Of a stretch of 64,000 nucleotides of DNA, positions 38,590-53,714 are shown piece by piece. The position numbers were made by a program, and so were the translations under genes. The notes under the pieces are model-generated. The model searched no databases and was not told the origin of the DNA. It saw only the letters and a list, made by a program, of their open reading frames with translations. Numbering within the stretch: position 1 is the first letter of the stretch; each line of letters opens with the position of its first letter. The stretch comes from Octopus sinensis (taxonomy: Eukaryota), in assembly GCF_006345805.1 (NCBI RefSeq), contig NW_021834602.1, forward strand, positions 1 to 64,000, in the 5' to 3' direction.

Positions 38590-39078
38590 TGTATGTATGT
38601 ACGTATGTATGTATGTGTGTGTGTTTGTGTGTGTGTGTATGTATGTATGTATGTATGTATGCATAAGCTTTTTCACTTGAAACGAGCATCGATAATCATC
38701 TTATTAAACACGAGCTATTTTAATTAAGCTACGTGATGAGTTTTGCAACTATCCAGTGGGCAAGTCAAATTAGTTTCCCCTCACAAGCAGGATTACAATT
38801 GTATTTTTGTTATGTGAGAGTTTTATGTGAGTTTTTCATGTGAAGATATTATCGAATCTGCCATTTCACTAAATGATACGTCATGTTGTAATCCATCCTC
38901 GGGATTAATTCAAACCTGTACAGGAATTTGTTGGATAATCCCGCCAAGAATGCTTTCGTACGTGTTGCAATGTAATCGTTTTGTGGCATCGAATCTGGTT
39001 TCAATATTTTCTCTTATAGTTGTCACAAACCAACAGGGAATAAATGGAACGAAGCGAACAATTCTAGACGTGTTTTTC

Positions 39079-39120
<42 letters not shown>

Positions 39121-39125
39121 ATATA

Positions 39126-39157
<32 letters not shown>

Positions 39158-39178
39158 TTATATATATATATATATAAT

Positions 39179-39225
<47 letters not shown>

Positions 39226-39384
39226 TACATATCTAATGCATGTATAATATATACATATAGATATATATAATACATATATATATAGAGAGAGAGAGAGAGG
39301 AAAGAGAGAAAGAAAGAGAGAGAAAGAGAGAGAGAGAGGTAGAAGAGAGAATAGAGGTAGATAGATAGATAGATAGATAGATAG

Positions 39385-39425
<41 letters not shown>

Positions 39426-39459
39426 TATAGATATACACGCCTACACGCACACAGCCAAG

Positions 39460-39492
<33 letters not shown>

Positions 39493-39595
39493 TATATACT
39501 TTGATACTTTGATAGGTTTCGGCCATTATTGGCCCAGGCCATGTCTAACTTAATAGCACCACTTAATATACACAGACACACACACACACACACAC

Positions 39596-39824
39596 ACGAG
39601 GGGCTGCTAAATAGTTCTTAGCTTTGTGATTAAAGAAAATACAGGAGCATACGTTAATTATGATTTTAATCAACATATTCCCCTCTCAGAATCATACACT
39701 TATTGCAGCAGTCTTTCACTTTTTTTATAAGTTCTGTAAGAGAATTTGGAAGATTGGGCCTCTAACCAGGCATTTCGCGACACCCTTAGTGCTAAGAATT
39801 TTTCAGCACCTCTTCCAATCTATA
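39596..39824 (-). mobile_element. Mariner 3' terminal fragment
   Basis: Minus-strand ELIKKVKDCCNKCMILRGEYVD* (mariner C-terminus) and terminal acgaggg TIR. Confidence 0.75.
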
Positions 39825-39826
39825 TC

Positions 39827-39893
<67 letters not shown>

Positions 39894-39920
39894 CTCTCTC
39901 TCTCTCTATCCATATATATA

Positions 39921-39965
<45 letters not shown>

Positions 39966-39992
39966 GTATATAGATAGATAGATAGATAGATG

Positions 39993-40069
<77 letters not shown>

Positions 40070-40686
40070 ACACGTTTAGAAATGTCCGCTTCGTTCCATT
40101 TATTTCCTGTTGGTTTGCGACAAAGTAAAAGAGAAAATACTGAAACCAGAGTTGCCGCCAAACGATTAGTCTGCCCTTTCCCGAGGCGAGCATGATTTCT
40201 TGAAGTGATACCCTAATTAGATTTGATTATTCAAAAAGCATATACCACCGGCCTCTCTCAATTATTTCTTGTAGTTCATTCTCATTTCATTTATGCAAAT
40301 TAGCTATGCAATACATAAATAAATATTCTACGCTTTTTTGTATATGTCATTTTCTATAGCCTCGGGTTGGCTCATATACTGTGAGTAAAACTGGGTAGAT
40401 GAAACTCTGCAAAATTTTACCCACCCCGTTGGCAGAATGTATCAGACCAGTCATGTTATGCAATATCTCACAGTCTTTATACTGAGAATAAAAGTATATT
40501 CGTCTATGGAATACTCGATTACATATGAGCTAATATACATAAAATGTAATTCAAGCGATCGTACATCTGTATAATCATCGTCGAAACCAACCGAGATTCA
40601 TTTGCTTTATAAATATACACAACAAATTCCTAGAAATAATATATATATAGATATTATACATATATACATACATATATATATATTAC

Positions 40687-40729
<43 letters not shown>

Positions 40730-41465
40730 ATAATACATATAAATAATAATATAAATAAATATATATATATATATATATAATATATATATATATATATCTA
40801 TATATATATATAATATATATATCTCTCACAAGTGTATATATATATAAATACGCATATATAGATATGTATGATAAATATATGTATGTACATGTACGTACAT
40901 AAATATATGTTTGTACATATACATGTGCGTGTATGTGTGCATATATGTCTGTACGTGGTTATAAATATGGCGTCGAACTACAGCCATCACGCTGTCTTCA
41001 GTTGTGTTTTATAGCCAACACTTTGCTTTCTATATAAGATACCCTATGGCTAACAGTCTTCACGCAGCTGACGATCAAACAACATATTTCCCACAGTCTA
41101 CACACGAGCGCGCACGCGCGCGCATACATGCAGATACATAACCACACACACACACACGCACACGTGCTAGCACATATACGTGTATGCAGGATTGTGTATA
41201 CCTGTGTGTGTATAAGGAGTTAGACAGATACATATATACAAGCATACGCCCGTACATACACACACACACACACATATATATATGTATGTATATATATATA
41301 TATATATACTCTTCATTACTATATATGTAGTACTATATATATTTCCTTAGTAAGCATCATCAATCTTCACTGTCTTCATATACCCATACATGCATATGAA
41401 CATAGATACACACACACATACACACAGACACATACATACATATATATATGTATATATATGCATAG

Positions 41466-41503
<38 letters not shown>

Positions 41504-42341
41504 TACATACATATATATATTTAGCCACACGTTAAACTACTGACTCACACAGTGACGCAAACACACAGATATATACTTACAGACTTAAACAAACTCACTC
41601 ACATGCACAACTACAAGCACACACACACACACACACACGCACACACGCACACACACGCACACACACACACGCACACACACACACTACTCTATGAAATGAA
41701 ATGATATTTATGAGTTAGATATTTTTGTCATTTATATATTTAGCTATATATTATTATTATCATTATTACAGTTTTTTAAAGTTTTTAATTATCTCTCTTA
41801 GTTTCTGATTAATTGATTTAGAAAAGTTTTAACTACAACGAAGAAGATGAGGAGCCACTCGGCTACAAAATACTAACGACATCTTTCTCCTAATCACACA
41901 TCATGGATAGATGGATCTCTGTCGTGCAACGATGAGGATTCAGTTGTTTGATAAACTGAATTACCTGCTCCTGAATTAACGTGTAAGAGGCTGAGTATTC
42001 TTTAAATAATTCTCGGACATAATCAGCTTGACACAGGAATGCACTTTTGAATAATGGGATTCTGTGATGTTTCCATTTATTTAAGTTAACTCTCAAGGCA
42101 TTGCAGAACCTAAGGCTATAGAAATTGATGTTTGCCCAGGATATCACGCAAATAAATTGAACTCCGACCTCGTGGTAGCGAAATCAACATTTTAAGCAGT
42201 TGGTCACACTACGCCTTGGACATCACCTGGCATATTGGCTTCAAATATCAGCACAATGCCAGCAATTTCGGAGGAGGGCGGAAGTCGATTTATTCCCACT
42301 CCTCTTTCATCATACTTAACTTTTATTTATTTTATCGACAC

Positions 42342-42775
42342 AGGCGTAGGAGTGGCTGTGTAGGCGTAGGAGTGACTGTGTGGTAAGTAGCTTGCTTACC
42401 AACCACATGGTTCTGGGTTCAGTCCCACTGCGTGGCACCTTGTGCAAGTGTCTTCTACTATAGCCTCGGGCCGACCAAAGCTTTGTGAGTGGATTTGGTA
42501 GACGGAAACTGAAAAGAAGCCGGTCGGATATATGTATATATATGTGTGTATGTGTGTGTGTGTGTGGTGTATATGTTTGTGTGTCTGTGTTTGTCCCCTC
42601 AACATCGCTTGACAACCGACGCTGGTGTGTTTACGTCCCCGTAATTTAGCGGTACGGCAAAAGAGACCGATAGAATAAGTACTAGGCTTACAAAGAATAA
42701 GTCCTGGAATCGATTTGCTCGACTAAAGGCGATGCTCCAGCATGGCCACAGTTACATGACTGAAAGAAATAAAGA
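42342..42775 (+). mobile_element. Octopus tRNA-derived SINE family 1, near full length
   Basis: Head ggcgtaggagtggctgtgtggtaag...gggttcagtcccactg, central microsatellite, and tail ...ctccagcatggccacagttacatgactgaaa. Confidence 0.88.
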
Positions 42776-42967
42776 GTACAGGAAGTATGAAACATAAAGT
42801 CAAGCTAGGCAAAATTTGAACTCATAACCTAAAGACGGAGGAAATACCGCTAAGCATTTTGTCCAGCATAGAAACGAATATGACAATTTGGTGACAATTT
42901 CAGAGGGCGTAAGTCACTTACCCCCATTCTCTACCCAGTAGTCAACTGGCACTTATTCTTATTTCTT

Positions 42968-43188
42968 TATTGCTCACAAGGGGCTAAACATAGAGGGGAC
43001 AAGCAAGGACAGACAAAAGGATTAAGTCGATTACATCGACCCCAGTACGTAACTGGTACTTAATTTATCGACCCCGAAAAATGAAAGGCAAAGTCGACCT
43101 CGGCGGAATTTGAACCCAGAACGTAACGGCAGACGAAATACCGCTAAGCATTTCGCCCGGCGTGCTAACGTTTCTGCCAGCTCGCCGC
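42968..43188 (-). mobile_element. Octopus SINE family 2 copy (others at 46470-46890, 51345-51725, 61690-62160, 62440-62853)
   Basis: Sense head ggcgagctggcagaaacgttagcacgccgggcgaaatgcttagcgg...gttcaaattccgccgaggtcgac. Confidence 0.85.
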
Positions 43189-43214
43189 CAGTACCTAACT
43201 GGCACTTATTCTAT

Positions 43215-43633
43215 CTCTTTACTCTTTTACTCTTTTACTTGTTTCAGTCATTTGACTGCGGCCATGCTGGGGCACCGCCTTTAGTCGAGCAAATCGACCC
43301 CAGGGCTTATTTTTTGTAAGCCTAGTACTTATTCTATGGGTTTCTTCTGCCGAACCGCCACGTTACGGGGACATAAACACACCAGCACCGGTTGTCAAGC
43401 GATGTTGGGGGACAAGCACAGGCACACAAAGATATACACATACACATACATACATATATATATATATACGGCGGGCTTCTTTCAGTTTCTGTCTACCAAA
43501 TCCTCTCACAAGATTTTGGTCGGCCCGAGGCTACAGTAGAATACAGTTGCCCAAGGTTCCACGCAGTGGGAATGAACCCAGAACCATGTGGTTTGTAAGC
43601 AAGCTACTTATCACACAACCACTCCTGCGCCTA
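43215..43633 (-). mobile_element. Octopus SINE family 1 copy
   Basis: Matches family 1 tail, core and head. Confidence 0.85.
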
Positions 43634-43953
43634 CCGACTCCCATCGACCCAGAAATTATGAAAACTAAAGTCAAACTTGGTGGAATTTGAACTCATCATG
43701 TAAATATGAACAAAATGTACCTAAGCAATTTATCCACGCCGTACTAACGATTCTGCCAGCTCGCCGCCTTAACACAATCTTACATATTAAAAATAATGAA
43801 GTATACATCTGATAATATCATGCTAAATACACATAAAAATACGGTATATCACGAGCAAAACTCCTTTAATCATAAACCTGCTCAATCACAGTCGACTTCT
43901 GATTAAGCAACCACAACAATAAAATAGCACAAAAACAATTACAAAACAATATA

Positions 43954-44253
43954 CAGTAATCCCTCTGCTATCGCGGGTGTTACGTTCCAAAACACCCCGC
44001 GATAGGTGGAAATTCGCGAAGTAGAAACAGTACTCTACTGTAATTTTTTTAATACTATTTGTATATATCTCGTTTTGGGATTTGGTATGCAAGATTCTTC
44101 ATGTGAGCTCGTGTGTTGAAGCTTATTTTGTTGTGTCTGAGAAGAGTCATTCTCTTATAGTGCCTTATTATTTAACATATGTGTATAGATATGTAAGTGC
44201 GTACGTTTGATGTATGTATTCTGCATATTCATATTTTTGTGTGTTTATGTGTT

Positions 44254-44296
<43 letters not shown>

Positions 44297-44754
44297 CTTT
44301 ATCTCCTTGTGTATGCATGTCTGAGTGTGTGTGTGTATAGGTTTTTGTGACTATGTACAGTGTTATTATGGATAGATGTGTGTCTCCATATTTGTCCTTG
44401 AGTGAAGTGAAGCGTGTGTGTATATGGGCATGTGTTTCAGTCTTCATTTGCGTGTGTGTGTGCTTGACTGTTCATATTGCCTATGTACCTATCCGTCTGT
44501 ATGTCTATCTGTTTACTTTCACATCCATTTGCCTGCTTACATGTGCATATACATATACGTATACAAACACACACACACACACACACATTCTACTAGTATA
44601 TAAATATAAACTGAGGATATGTGGATATGATTACCTACTACGTATATTTCCTATTTAGTACTGGGGCTGTTGCAAAACAACAATACGTGGTAATCGACGT
44701 AAGCTTAAATAATAAACCGCGATAAGTGAAACGCGATATGGTGAGAGATTACTG
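43954..44754. mobile_element. pogo/Tigger-like MITE ends (cagtaatccctc...gagagattactg); another right end at 57270-57415
   Basis: Inverted terminal motifs beginning TA-CAGTAATCCCT. The interior is heterogeneous, so these may be two separate fragments. Confidence 0.5.
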
Positions 44755-45645
44755 CAATTGAAGTGAACACACTATCTGCAGCTCCTATTCATATTATCTG
44801 ATGCAGTACTGTATATTTAAACGGTGTCTGGGAAATATAGGCCGGTTTCAACCTTAGTTCTGTAAATTTTCAACTGACCCATTCGTTGATAAAGGGAATT
44901 TGGTCCTCATCGTTAAAGCAATGCTTCTCGAACCCCTATAACTGTCCTTTTCTCCGACCCGTTTTTTCTTTCACTATCACGTTTTCAATGACTCCTTGCT
45001 ATTCGTCAACAAAATTAAATACACGTCAAAAATGGCTGCCGACAGGTTTATCGCTATTAAAAGCCACTTGACTGCGACCATGCTGGGGCACAGTACTGAA
45101 GGTTTAATCGAACGCGTCAACTCCAATACTTGCCTGATTTTTACTCAGTCTGTCGCTTTTGCCGAACCGTTAGATTATGGGGACGTAAACAAACCAACAG
45201 CGATGTCAAGCGTTGAATGGAGACAAACACCGTCACACATATGTCTGTGCATGTGTGTGCGTTTGTGTGTATGTACAACTTTCAGTTTCCTTCTACTAAA
45301 TCCACCCACAAAGATTTGGAGGGCTTGGGGTTATAATAGAAGACATTTGCCCAAACTGCCACGCAGTGGGAGTGAACTTGGAAACAAACATAATATGTAA
45401 TATCAAAACAACATTTCAACCAGAAAAATTACCTGGTGGTTTGCATGCTGAATGGAAATTGAAAATATTTTTTCACAATTAAGGCAATTAAAAGACGCTT
45501 GTATTACATTCGAACACCCACTTTGCCCCCAGGTACGCAACAATATTTCTATCGCCCACGTTTTGAATCGCTGCATTGAAAATATCGCCACGCAATAGAT
45601 TTCTGCTAAATATATATATGTGTGTGTGTGTTCGATTTTTGTTTA

Positions 45646-45711
<66 letters not shown>

Positions 45712-45865
45712 CATATATACATATATATGTATGCATACATATATATATATATATAATTAATCCCAAAAAGAAACGAAGAAAAAACAAGAAAACGACTCGT
45801 GGACGTAAACAGACGCTCAGGGAAGAAAAGTAATGTGTGTGTGTGTGTGTGTATGTGTGTGTATG

Positions 45866-45900
<35 letters not shown>

Positions 45901-46009
45901 CTGTGCATACATATACAAACGTAGGTATATATATATATAGATAGAAAGATATAATAGATAAGCACAAACATATCTGTATAAGTATGTCTATAGATATGTG
46001 TGTGTGTGC

Positions 46010-46063
<54 letters not shown>

Positions 46064-46894
46064 GCATGTATGAATGTATGTATGTATGTATGTATGTATG
46101 TATGTATGTATGTGTAGGAGCATGGATGTATATGAGCCTGTATAGATGTATACGTGTATTAAAATATCTACATATATGATATATTGGTAATCTTTTGAAA
46201 GACGGAATAAAAGGGACACGTATGCAAGTACAGAATCGTGACATGCCTAGATGCACGACTACCACGCCACGCACGAATAACAAACAAGTAGACTTACACG
46301 CGCACACGCTTACACACAAGCGTGTACATGCGCGCTCTCACAGACACTCAGTCTGCGCGTATTGACATTGTTTAAACTTGATAAAAACAAATCTCAAGCC
46401 TTAACAAAAATCATTTACACCCACACAATCGCACTCAACGTTCTGTCTCATATATGTCTTAGAAAGTATAATTTCTTCTACATTGAGCACAAGGCCTGAA
46501 ACTTGGTGGGAAGCCGCTAGTCGATCACATCGATTCCAAGTGCTTGACTGGTAATTATTATTTATCGGCCCCGAAAGGATAAAAAGCAAAGTCGATCTGA
46601 ACTCAGAACGTAAAGAGCCGGAAGAAAAAGCCGCTAAGCATTTTATCCGACGTGCTAACGGTTCTGCCACCTCACTTCCTTAGAAATAATAATAATCATA
46701 ATTCTTAATACTGAAGGTACAAGGCCTGACATTTTGGGGAAGAGGCTAAGTCGATTTCATCGACCCCAGTATTCCGAAAGGATGAAAGGTGCAGTCGTCC
46801 TCGGCCGGATTTGAAATCAGAACGTAAAGACGGACGAAATGCCAGTTAGCATGTTGCTCGGTGTGTTGATGATTCTGCCAGGTCTTCGCCTGAT

Positions 46895-46970
46895 AACAAC
46901 AACAACAACAACAATAATAATAATACTTATAATGATAATAATGATAATAATAATAATAATAATAATAATA

Positions 46971-47015
<45 letters not shown>
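46895..47015. repeat. (AAT)n microsatellite, target of the adjacent LINE
   Basis: Visible directly. Confidence 0.95.
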
Positions 47016-48157
47016 GGATGCTAAAATTTGTTGAAAAATATGAAAGACCGAAAAGGGTGCTAAAAGTTGTTGAAAAACATGAAAGACCGAAAAAACTTCA
47101 CTCTATTCTGAAAGAGAGCAAAAAATTCGCTTCTGATCTCTTAGATGCCTACCAGATTGATCAGGTTGAAGGAAATGCGCCAACTGCTGCTGCAAAGAAA
47201 ATAAAATTAATTGCAAAGACAAAAGCACATGAAAAATTAGCTAGCAGATGGGAACAAAACCTCTCCATGGCAAGTATGTGGCCCGTAGCAAACAAGCTGA
47301 TGTCGACCAGAAACACACGCACCAATGTTTATGAAGCTCAGGGCTAAAAGCAGAGAATGAAAGTTTCATATTTGCTGCCCAAGGCCAAAGCTTATTAACC
47401 CGGAACTACCAAGCCAATTTGTTAAAAAATGGAGCTGACCCAAAATGCCGTTTCTGTAACGATGAGATTGGAACTATAGACCACCTAATCTCAGGATGTA
47501 GAGTCTTAGCACCTGTAGAATATAAAGCAAGACAAGACAGAGTCGACCAGTATTTACACTGGACAATATGTCGGCATTATAAAATCAAAACCGCTGACAA
47601 ATGGTATAAACACCATCCTGAAGCTGTGATTGAGGGAGAAAATGTATCGATTCTCTGGGACTTCCCCGTACATACCGACAAAACTATAAAAGCTAATAAA
47701 CCGGATATTATTATAAAAAATCAGACAAAAAAAGGTGTCTTTATTAATTGATATGAGTATTCCTTGCGATCACAATATAGCGGCGAAAGAAATATAAAGA
47801 CTTGCTAATAGAAATTGAAAATATGTGACATCTGAAGGCGACTACAGTACCAGTGATTGTAGGATCTCTAGGAATGATAAAAAAAAGGTACTGAAATCTA
47901 TTTGAAAATGATACCAGGCTTACCATCCCTACAGGAAGTGCAAAAAATCGTGTTAACTGAAACGGCTCATGTACTGAGAAGAGCATTATCGCTGTGAAAA
48001 CAACATCCATTCAGGAATTTATTCATTTATTTTTTTAAATACATATTTTACCTGTGAATTTGCATGTGTAATCTGGGAATGCGTACAATGAGCTTCTCTG
48101 CCCTAGGTGTATGGAAAACACTCGGCGAGAAATGGAAGAAAATTTGAAGAAGGAAAA
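47016..48157 (+). mobile_element. 5'-truncated non-LTR retrotransposon with restriction-like endonuclease (R4/Dong clade-like)
   Basis: KCRFCNDEIGTIDHLISGC (CCHC), LHWTICRHY, ILWDFPVHTDKTIKANKPDII, then VPVIVGSLGMIKK. The 3' end runs into (TAA)n. Confidence 0.88.
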
Positions 48158-48190
48158 ATAATAATGATAATAATAATAATAATAATAATA

Positions 48191-48555
48191 ACTCATTGAA
48201 ATTGAGAAAATGTGGCATCTCAAGGCGGTTACAATACCAGTGATCGTAGGAGCACTAGGAATGATCAAGAAGGGAACCGAAAATTATATGAGAATGATCC
48301 CTGGCTTACCATCCCTGCAAGAAGTGCAAAAGATTGTCTTAACTGGTACATCACACGTATTGAGAAGAGCATTGTCGATGTGAGAACTGTTGCTGCTCAT
48401 GTATTTTAATTTAACTTAAAAATTTTTTTTTTTTAAATGAACGAACTATTGAGTTTGGTTTAATGGCCTACCAATGTATACTATAAGTTTCTTTGCCCTA
48501 GGAGTCGGGAAGACACGCGGCAAGAAATGGAAGCAAATTTGAAAGAAGAAAAAAA
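48191..48555 (+). mobile_element. Second, shorter 5'-truncated copy of the same R4/Dong-like family
   Basis: IEIEKMWHLKAVTIPVIVGALGMIKKGT...LRRALSM* with a similar 3' UTR; flanked by (TAA)n on both sides. Confidence 0.88.
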
Positions 48556-49077
48556 TAATAATAATAATAATAATTTCTTCCGAATAATAGCTGCAGCATC
48601 ATCAATAACAAGTGCAGAAGTACTAGAACGAGAAGAAGCACGAACAGGAGGAAAAGGGTGAGCAAGAAGGAGAGTAAGAACAACGGTGAACATAAGACAA
48701 GGAGATGGTCCGTCGATACCGAAAAGAAAAGAAGGGAGAAAATTGTGTCGTACGTAATTACAGAAGATTCATACGATGTTATTTGGTTAAACGTAGTGAC
48801 GTCAGAATTAATTAGTAACGGAGGCCATATTGGATTAACTTCAGACCATTAACAGGGAATCTTGAAGCAATGCACAAACAAGAACGTGTGCGCGCACACA
48901 CACACACGCACAAATACAAATACAGGCGCGCATATACACTCGTAAGAAACCAAATAAACGTACACATGCCCAAATATACACACATTCACACGTATGAAAT
49001 TCACAGAAATTGTAAAACAAAATATTACACACTAATAGACCAGACATACATCTTAACCATGATATACATGTGTGTGC

Positions 49078-49109
<32 letters not shown>

Positions 49110-49114
49110 GTATA

Positions 49115-49147
<33 letters not shown>

Positions 49148-49189
49148 CTGTATGTATATGCATATATATATATATATTATATGTGTTCT

Positions 49190-49538
49190 TTTCTTTTATT
49201 TGTCATTTAACTGCGGTCATGCTGGAGCACCGCCTTTAGTCGAATAAATTGACCCCAAGACTTATTCTTTGTAAGACTAGTACTTCTTCGATTGGCGTCT
49301 TTTGCCGAACTGCTAAGTTACAGGAACGCAAACACACCGACATTGGTTGTCAAGTGATTGTGGATGGACAAATGCAAACACATAAATACATACATACATA
49401 CATACATACATACATACATACATACATACATACGTACGTACATACATACATACATACATACATACATACTTACATACATACTTACATACATGCATACATA
49501 CATACGTACATACGTACATACATACATACATACATACA

Positions 49539-49572
<34 letters not shown>

Positions 49573-50008
49573 GATACATACATATTCTTTTATTCTTTTA
49601 ACTGTTTCAATCGTTCGATTGCAGCCTTGCTGGGGCACCACCTTAAGGTGTTTTAGTCAAACAAATCGACTCCAGGACGTATTCTTTGTAAACCTAGTAC
49701 TTATTCTAACGGTCTCTTGTGCAGAGCCGCTAGTTACGTGAACGGAAACACACCAACATCTGTTGTGAAGCGATGCTGGTGGTGGTGGAGACAAGTACAG
49801 ACTCGGACACACAACTACACACACACACACATAAATATATATATATATATATATACGACGAGCTTCATTCAGTTTCCGTCTACTTACAGGGCTTTGGTCA
49901 GCTCGAGGCTATAGTAGAAGAGACTTGCCCAAGGAGTCAAGCAGTGAGACTGAACCCAGAACCATGTGATTGGGAAGCAAGTTTCTTACCACGCAGCCAC
50001 GCCTGCGC
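49190..50008 (-). mobile_element. Cluster of octopus SINE family 1 copies interrupted by (CATA)n
   Basis: Repeated family 1 tail and core motifs. Confidence 0.75.
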
Positions 50009-50067
50009 ATATACACACACAGAGAGACACACACACATAGATAGATCGATCGATCGATCGATAGATG

Positions 50068-50155
<88 letters not shown>

Positions 50156-50205
50156 TTTAGATGGATGGATGGATACATACATACATACATACATACATAC
50201 ATACA

Positions 50206-50241
<36 letters not shown>

Positions 50242-50814
50242 TGCATGCATATATGCCTATGTATATGATAGACCTGCTGCATCCAGTCGTGGGTCTCTGG
50301 TTTAGGAGTTCCATGATTTTGAGATGTTTGGAACCACCTCTTATCTACCATTACCCACAAGCTCTTCTGTGACCTTGCGTCGTACCACCTGGCAGCGTCC
50401 CAGCCATGGGTTAAATAATATACGAGCAGTTTGGTATCCGAGGGCGCTGCAAGCTCATCGTTAGTGAAGGTCACCTGGACGTTTTCAAGACATCCATCTA
50501 GGAGAAAGCTAACTCGTATATAAAACCCGTTGCTCAACCGAACAGGATATCTTACACTTTGCTTATCTTTAGGCTTCTTGTCATTTTGTGTGAGAATCGT
50601 TGTGCAAGCTGCACTCGACCTGCAACCTTTTCGTCAGTACTGTTGACATTTACCTGCAAGTGTTGATTATGCTCAGGGGTCCTGAACCATTTTTGACCTA
50701 TGGACGCTTTTGATTCCTCTTTTCCTCGGATGGACTCCCATAGCAATTCGATGTTTAAAAACACCTATTGTATTTTTATAGTTAAATATTTTTTAGGAAT
50801 TACTCTTGTTAACC

Positions 50815-51209
50815 TTTTACTAGGTTTCAGTCATCTGATAGCGGCCATGCTGGAGCGCCGCCTTTAGTCGAATAAATCGATTCCAGGAATTATACTTTGT
50901 AAGTCCACTACTTATTCAATCGTTCCCTTTTTCCGAACTGCTAAGTAACGGGGACGTAAACATACCAACATCACATCGGTTGTCAAACAATGGTAGGCGG
51001 ACAAACACAGACACACAAATATATATATATATATATATACATATACGACGGACTTCTTTCAGTTTCCCTCTACCAAATCCACTCAAAAGGCTTTGGTCGG
51101 CCCGGGGCTATAGTAGAAGACACTTGCTCAAGGTGCCACGCAGAGGTAATGAACCCGGAATCATGTGGCTGGTAAGCAAACTACTTACCACACACCCACT
51201 CTTGCGCTT
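50815..51209 (-). mobile_element. Octopus SINE family 1 copy
   Basis: Matches family 1 tail, core and head. Confidence 0.82.
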
Positions 51210-51999
51210 ATGAATTGTATAAAAATTAAGGTAGATTGTGTATTCTAGAAGTATAGCCAATTTATTGCACAAACTTTACTGATCTGAAGCACAGTTTTTC
51301 ATGGCCCCTCAAAAGTTACCGTGGATAACCAATTTATTGCCCACACGTGGCTAAACATACAAGACGAAGGGATTAAGTCGATTACATCGACACCAGTGTG
51401 TAACTAGCAATTATTTAATCGACCTGAAAAGGATGAATGGCAAAGTCGACCTCGGCGGAATTTGAACTCAGAACGTAGCGGCAGACGAAATACCTATTTC
51501 TTTACTACCCACAAGGGGCTAAACACAGAGAGGACAAACAAGGACAGATAAGCGGATTAAGTCGATTATATCGACACCAGTGCGTAACTGGTACTTAATT
51601 TATCGAACCCGAAAATATGAAAGGCAAAGTCGATCTCGGCAGAATTTGAACTCAGAACGTGCGGCAGACAAAATATCGCTAAGCATTTCGCCCGGCATGC
51701 TAACGATTCTGCCAGCTCGCCGCCCTTCCCCAATTTATCATATTGCATCTGTGGTCCCCACCACTAAAACAAAAATCTTACATGGAGCCCCACCCCATCC
51801 CACGAGGGTCGATATTGACCCCGGTTGAGAAACCGCTGGTCATGTTCTTCTAACGAGTAGACAGCCATCATGTATATAACCATATACATAGATGGTGGAA
51901 GTGTGGCAGAATCTATCGAGCGTTGAACAAAATGCATTTTGGTATTTGTTCTGCTTTTTATGTTTCTGAGTTCAATATACGCAAAATTTGCCTTTCATC

Positions 52000-52586
52000 A
52001 TCATAAATAAGACCACCACCACCGCCACAACCAAATTTCACAAAAGATGCATGCATTATAACAATCACAGTACGGCCAACCACCCACTTAGTCGTCCACA
52101 CCACACTATTAACACTAACACCGCCACTGCCATCAGCACCACCACCACCTCCAACAATACAAATACCACCGTCACCACCACCACCACCACCACAGCCAGC
52201 ACCAACCCAACCGCCACCACCACACCTACCACCAACATCACTACCACCACAACCACCACCACCGCAACCACCACCACCACCATCACCACTATAATTATAA
52301 GCACAACTATTACGAATACCACCACCTTTAGCAAATTAAAACTACCTCTAACAATACGAACAGATATACAATACCCACCCAACAATATATTGAAAGACAA
52401 AACGCCACCACCACCACCACCACCTTCATCACTGCCAACACCTTCAAAAACTACAACATCAATAACAACAACACAAACAACATCATCAATGCGATCGATG
52501 CTCAAAAGAATAAGAAATATCAAAGGAATATGGTAGGATATATATTTATACATATATTTTACCCAGGGGAATAAGAGTACGTATAT

Positions 52587-52623
<37 letters not shown>

Positions 52624-52655
52624 AGTGGTGGTGGTGGTGGTGGTGGTGGTGGTGT

Positions 52656-52686
<31 letters not shown>

Positions 52687-52847
52687 GGTGACGATGATGA
52701 TGTTGGTGGTGGTGGTGGTGGTGGTGGTGGTGGTGGTGGTGGTGGGTGGTGTGGTGGTGGTGTTGGTGGTGGTGGTGATGATGATGATGATGATGGTAGT
52801 GGTGGTGGTGGTTTTGGTGGTGGTGATGATGATTATGACGATGACGT

Positions 52848-52884
<37 letters not shown>

Positions 52885-53032
52885 AATGATGATGATGATT
52901 ACGGCGATGATGTTGATGATGATGATGATGATTACGACGTTTACGTTGATGATGTTGAAGATGATGATGACGATGATGATGACGAGACGACGGCGGTAAT
53001 GGCTATGATGGTAGTGACTGTGATGATGTTGT

Positions 53033-53073
<41 letters not shown>

Positions 53074-53075
53074 CT
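52000..53075. repeat. (ACC/ACA)n then (GAT/GGT)n degenerate trinucleotide tracts
   Basis: Visible directly; source of the poly-Thr, poly-Met and poly-Val ORFs. Confidence 0.9.
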
Positions 53076-53101
53076 AATTGTTGTGATGGTGTATATGTTG
53101 G

Positions 53102-53158
<57 letters not shown>

Positions 53159-53714
53159 CACACACATACGCACGTTCACATGTACATATAATGTTTATAT
53201 GCATATAGTGTGAGCCCTTATATCCATTACAAATAATGCTGCCAAACGGTTATTGTTATCAAAGTTGGCGGAGATCATATTCTTTTTATCTGATTGCTTT
53301 GCGTGAAATTCCAAGCTGTTCCGAAGTGAACCTTGGACATTTCACAAATATGCATATGTACATATAAGATCCTTTCACCCACGCATATACATAGGTACAA
53401 AGCGCCCGCATAAAGACTAGTTTTTTTAAGACGAATCACTAAGTTACAGGGACATAATCACTCAAACACCGTTGTCAGGTGGTAGGTCGGGAGCAAACAG
53501 ACACAATGACACACACACAAGTATATAGTACTGACCATTTCCCAGCTCCCACACCACACACCACCACACCACGTCATACCACACCATAACCAAGTAGAAG
53601 ACACTTGCCCAAGGTGCCACGAAGTGAGACTGAACCCGGAACCATGTGGTTGGTAAGCAATACCTACCACACAACCACTCCCGCGCCTATATGTATGTAT
53701 ATATATATATATAT

